DNA of 52,479 bases from positions 1-52,479 of the forward strand of contig CALDCK010000210.1 in NCBI GenBank assembly GCA_937937315.1, written 5' to 3'. Numbering within the stretch: the stretch's first letter is position 1; every line of letters begins with the position of its first letter. This DNA is from an uncultured bacterium (lineage in GTDB: Bacteria; Myxococcota_A; UBA9160; SMWR01). The notes below the pieces were generated by a model. It had not been told where the DNA came from, did no database searches, and was given only the letters and a program-made list of their open reading frames with translations. Position numbers and translations under genes: made by a program. Positions 52,254-52,479 of this stretch are shown piece by piece.

Positions 52254-52479
52254 CTAGAAGCCTCCCAGATTCGTCGCACGGCGCGCGCGGTGCTGACCGG
52301 GCGTTCCGAGGAAGGCGCGATCGAAGAGGATGCGCTTGAACCACATCTGCACGTCGCACTCCCAGGTGAAGCCGGGGCCCCCATGGAGCTCCACCGCAGC
52401 GCGGGCGATCTCGGCAGCGCGATCGGTGATGTGGGCCTTCGCGATCGCGGCGGCGCGCGGCGCGTCGCCGGGGATCGCG
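52254..52479 (-). CDS. acyl-CoA dehydrogenase, C-terminal fragment; the gene starts beyond the right edge
   Basis: Reverse translation gives ..AVELHGGPGFTWECDVQMWFKRILFDRAFLGTPGQHRARRATNLGGF*. The stop lies 2 nt before the next ACAD start. It is not in the ORF track. Confidence 0.75.
   Translation of the reverse strand, partial: AIPGDAPRAAAIAKAHITDRAAEIARAAVELHGGPGFTWECDVQMWFKRILFDRAFLGTPGQHRARRATNLGGF

Noticed and set aside
1-52479. Search for CRISPR arrays, IS/transposase genes, integrases, phage genes, toxin-antitoxin pairs or known defence-system components
   Set aside because: I recognised no repeat-spacer arrays, terminal inverted repeats, or recombinase/transposase-like ORFs, and no compositional islands beyond short AT-richer promoter regions. 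The window looks like core or metabolic chromosome rather than a mobile island.

Overview
A 52.5-kb, roughly 70% GC chromosomal window from a diderm bacterium. It has a cbb3 oxidase, a sigma-54 type activator, OmpA-type lipoproteins and many Ser/Thr-kinase and lipid-catabolic genes, which is Myxococcota- or Binatota-like, but the taxon cannot be fixed from sequence alone. I support about 44 protein-coding genes. I recognised no rRNA, tRNA, CRISPR array, IS or phage element. Many long ORFs in the track are Arg/Pro/Gly-rich shadow frames of real genes on the other strand or frame, and I ignored them. Two partial genes lack an in-window start or stop and so are missing from the track: ccoN at the left edge and an acyl-CoA dehydrogenase at the right edge. 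Content by block: (i) 1-6818: ccoN, a PQQ quinohemoprotein alcohol dehydrogenase, and a kinase/P-loop/helical-repeat sensor. (ii) 6841-17776: the most unusual part. A minus-strand, translationally coupled 7-gene unit (GAF-adenylate cyclase, prenyl-diphosphate synthase, two unknowns, a CrtC/AttH-like protein, an SCP2-like protein, and a 1,486-aa mosaic flavoprotein with an OmpA-like insert and a five-fold internal repeat). A near-consensus sigma-54 promoter precedes it and a GAF-AAA+-HTH activator is encoded divergently. (iii) 17787-25272: hydrolase, SRPBCC, P450, NTF2-like protein, crotonase, one GT-C membrane protein, and a frameshifted secreted CxxCH protein. (iv) 25341-31797: a VWA-TSP3-OmpA lipoprotein and a sulfite reductase/rhodanese/DUF4202/cysteine synthase operon. 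(v) 32099-34792: small envelope and redox genes. (vi) 35001-38163: two DUF35-like plus two thiolase-like genes. (vii) 38343-47730: four GT-C-type polytopic membrane proteins plus two SGNH-type hydrolases. (viii) 47719-52479: NhaP antiporter, amidohydrolase, TetR regulator, and an acyl-CoA dehydrogenase pair. All functional calls rest on motifs I recognised by eye. No database search was possible.
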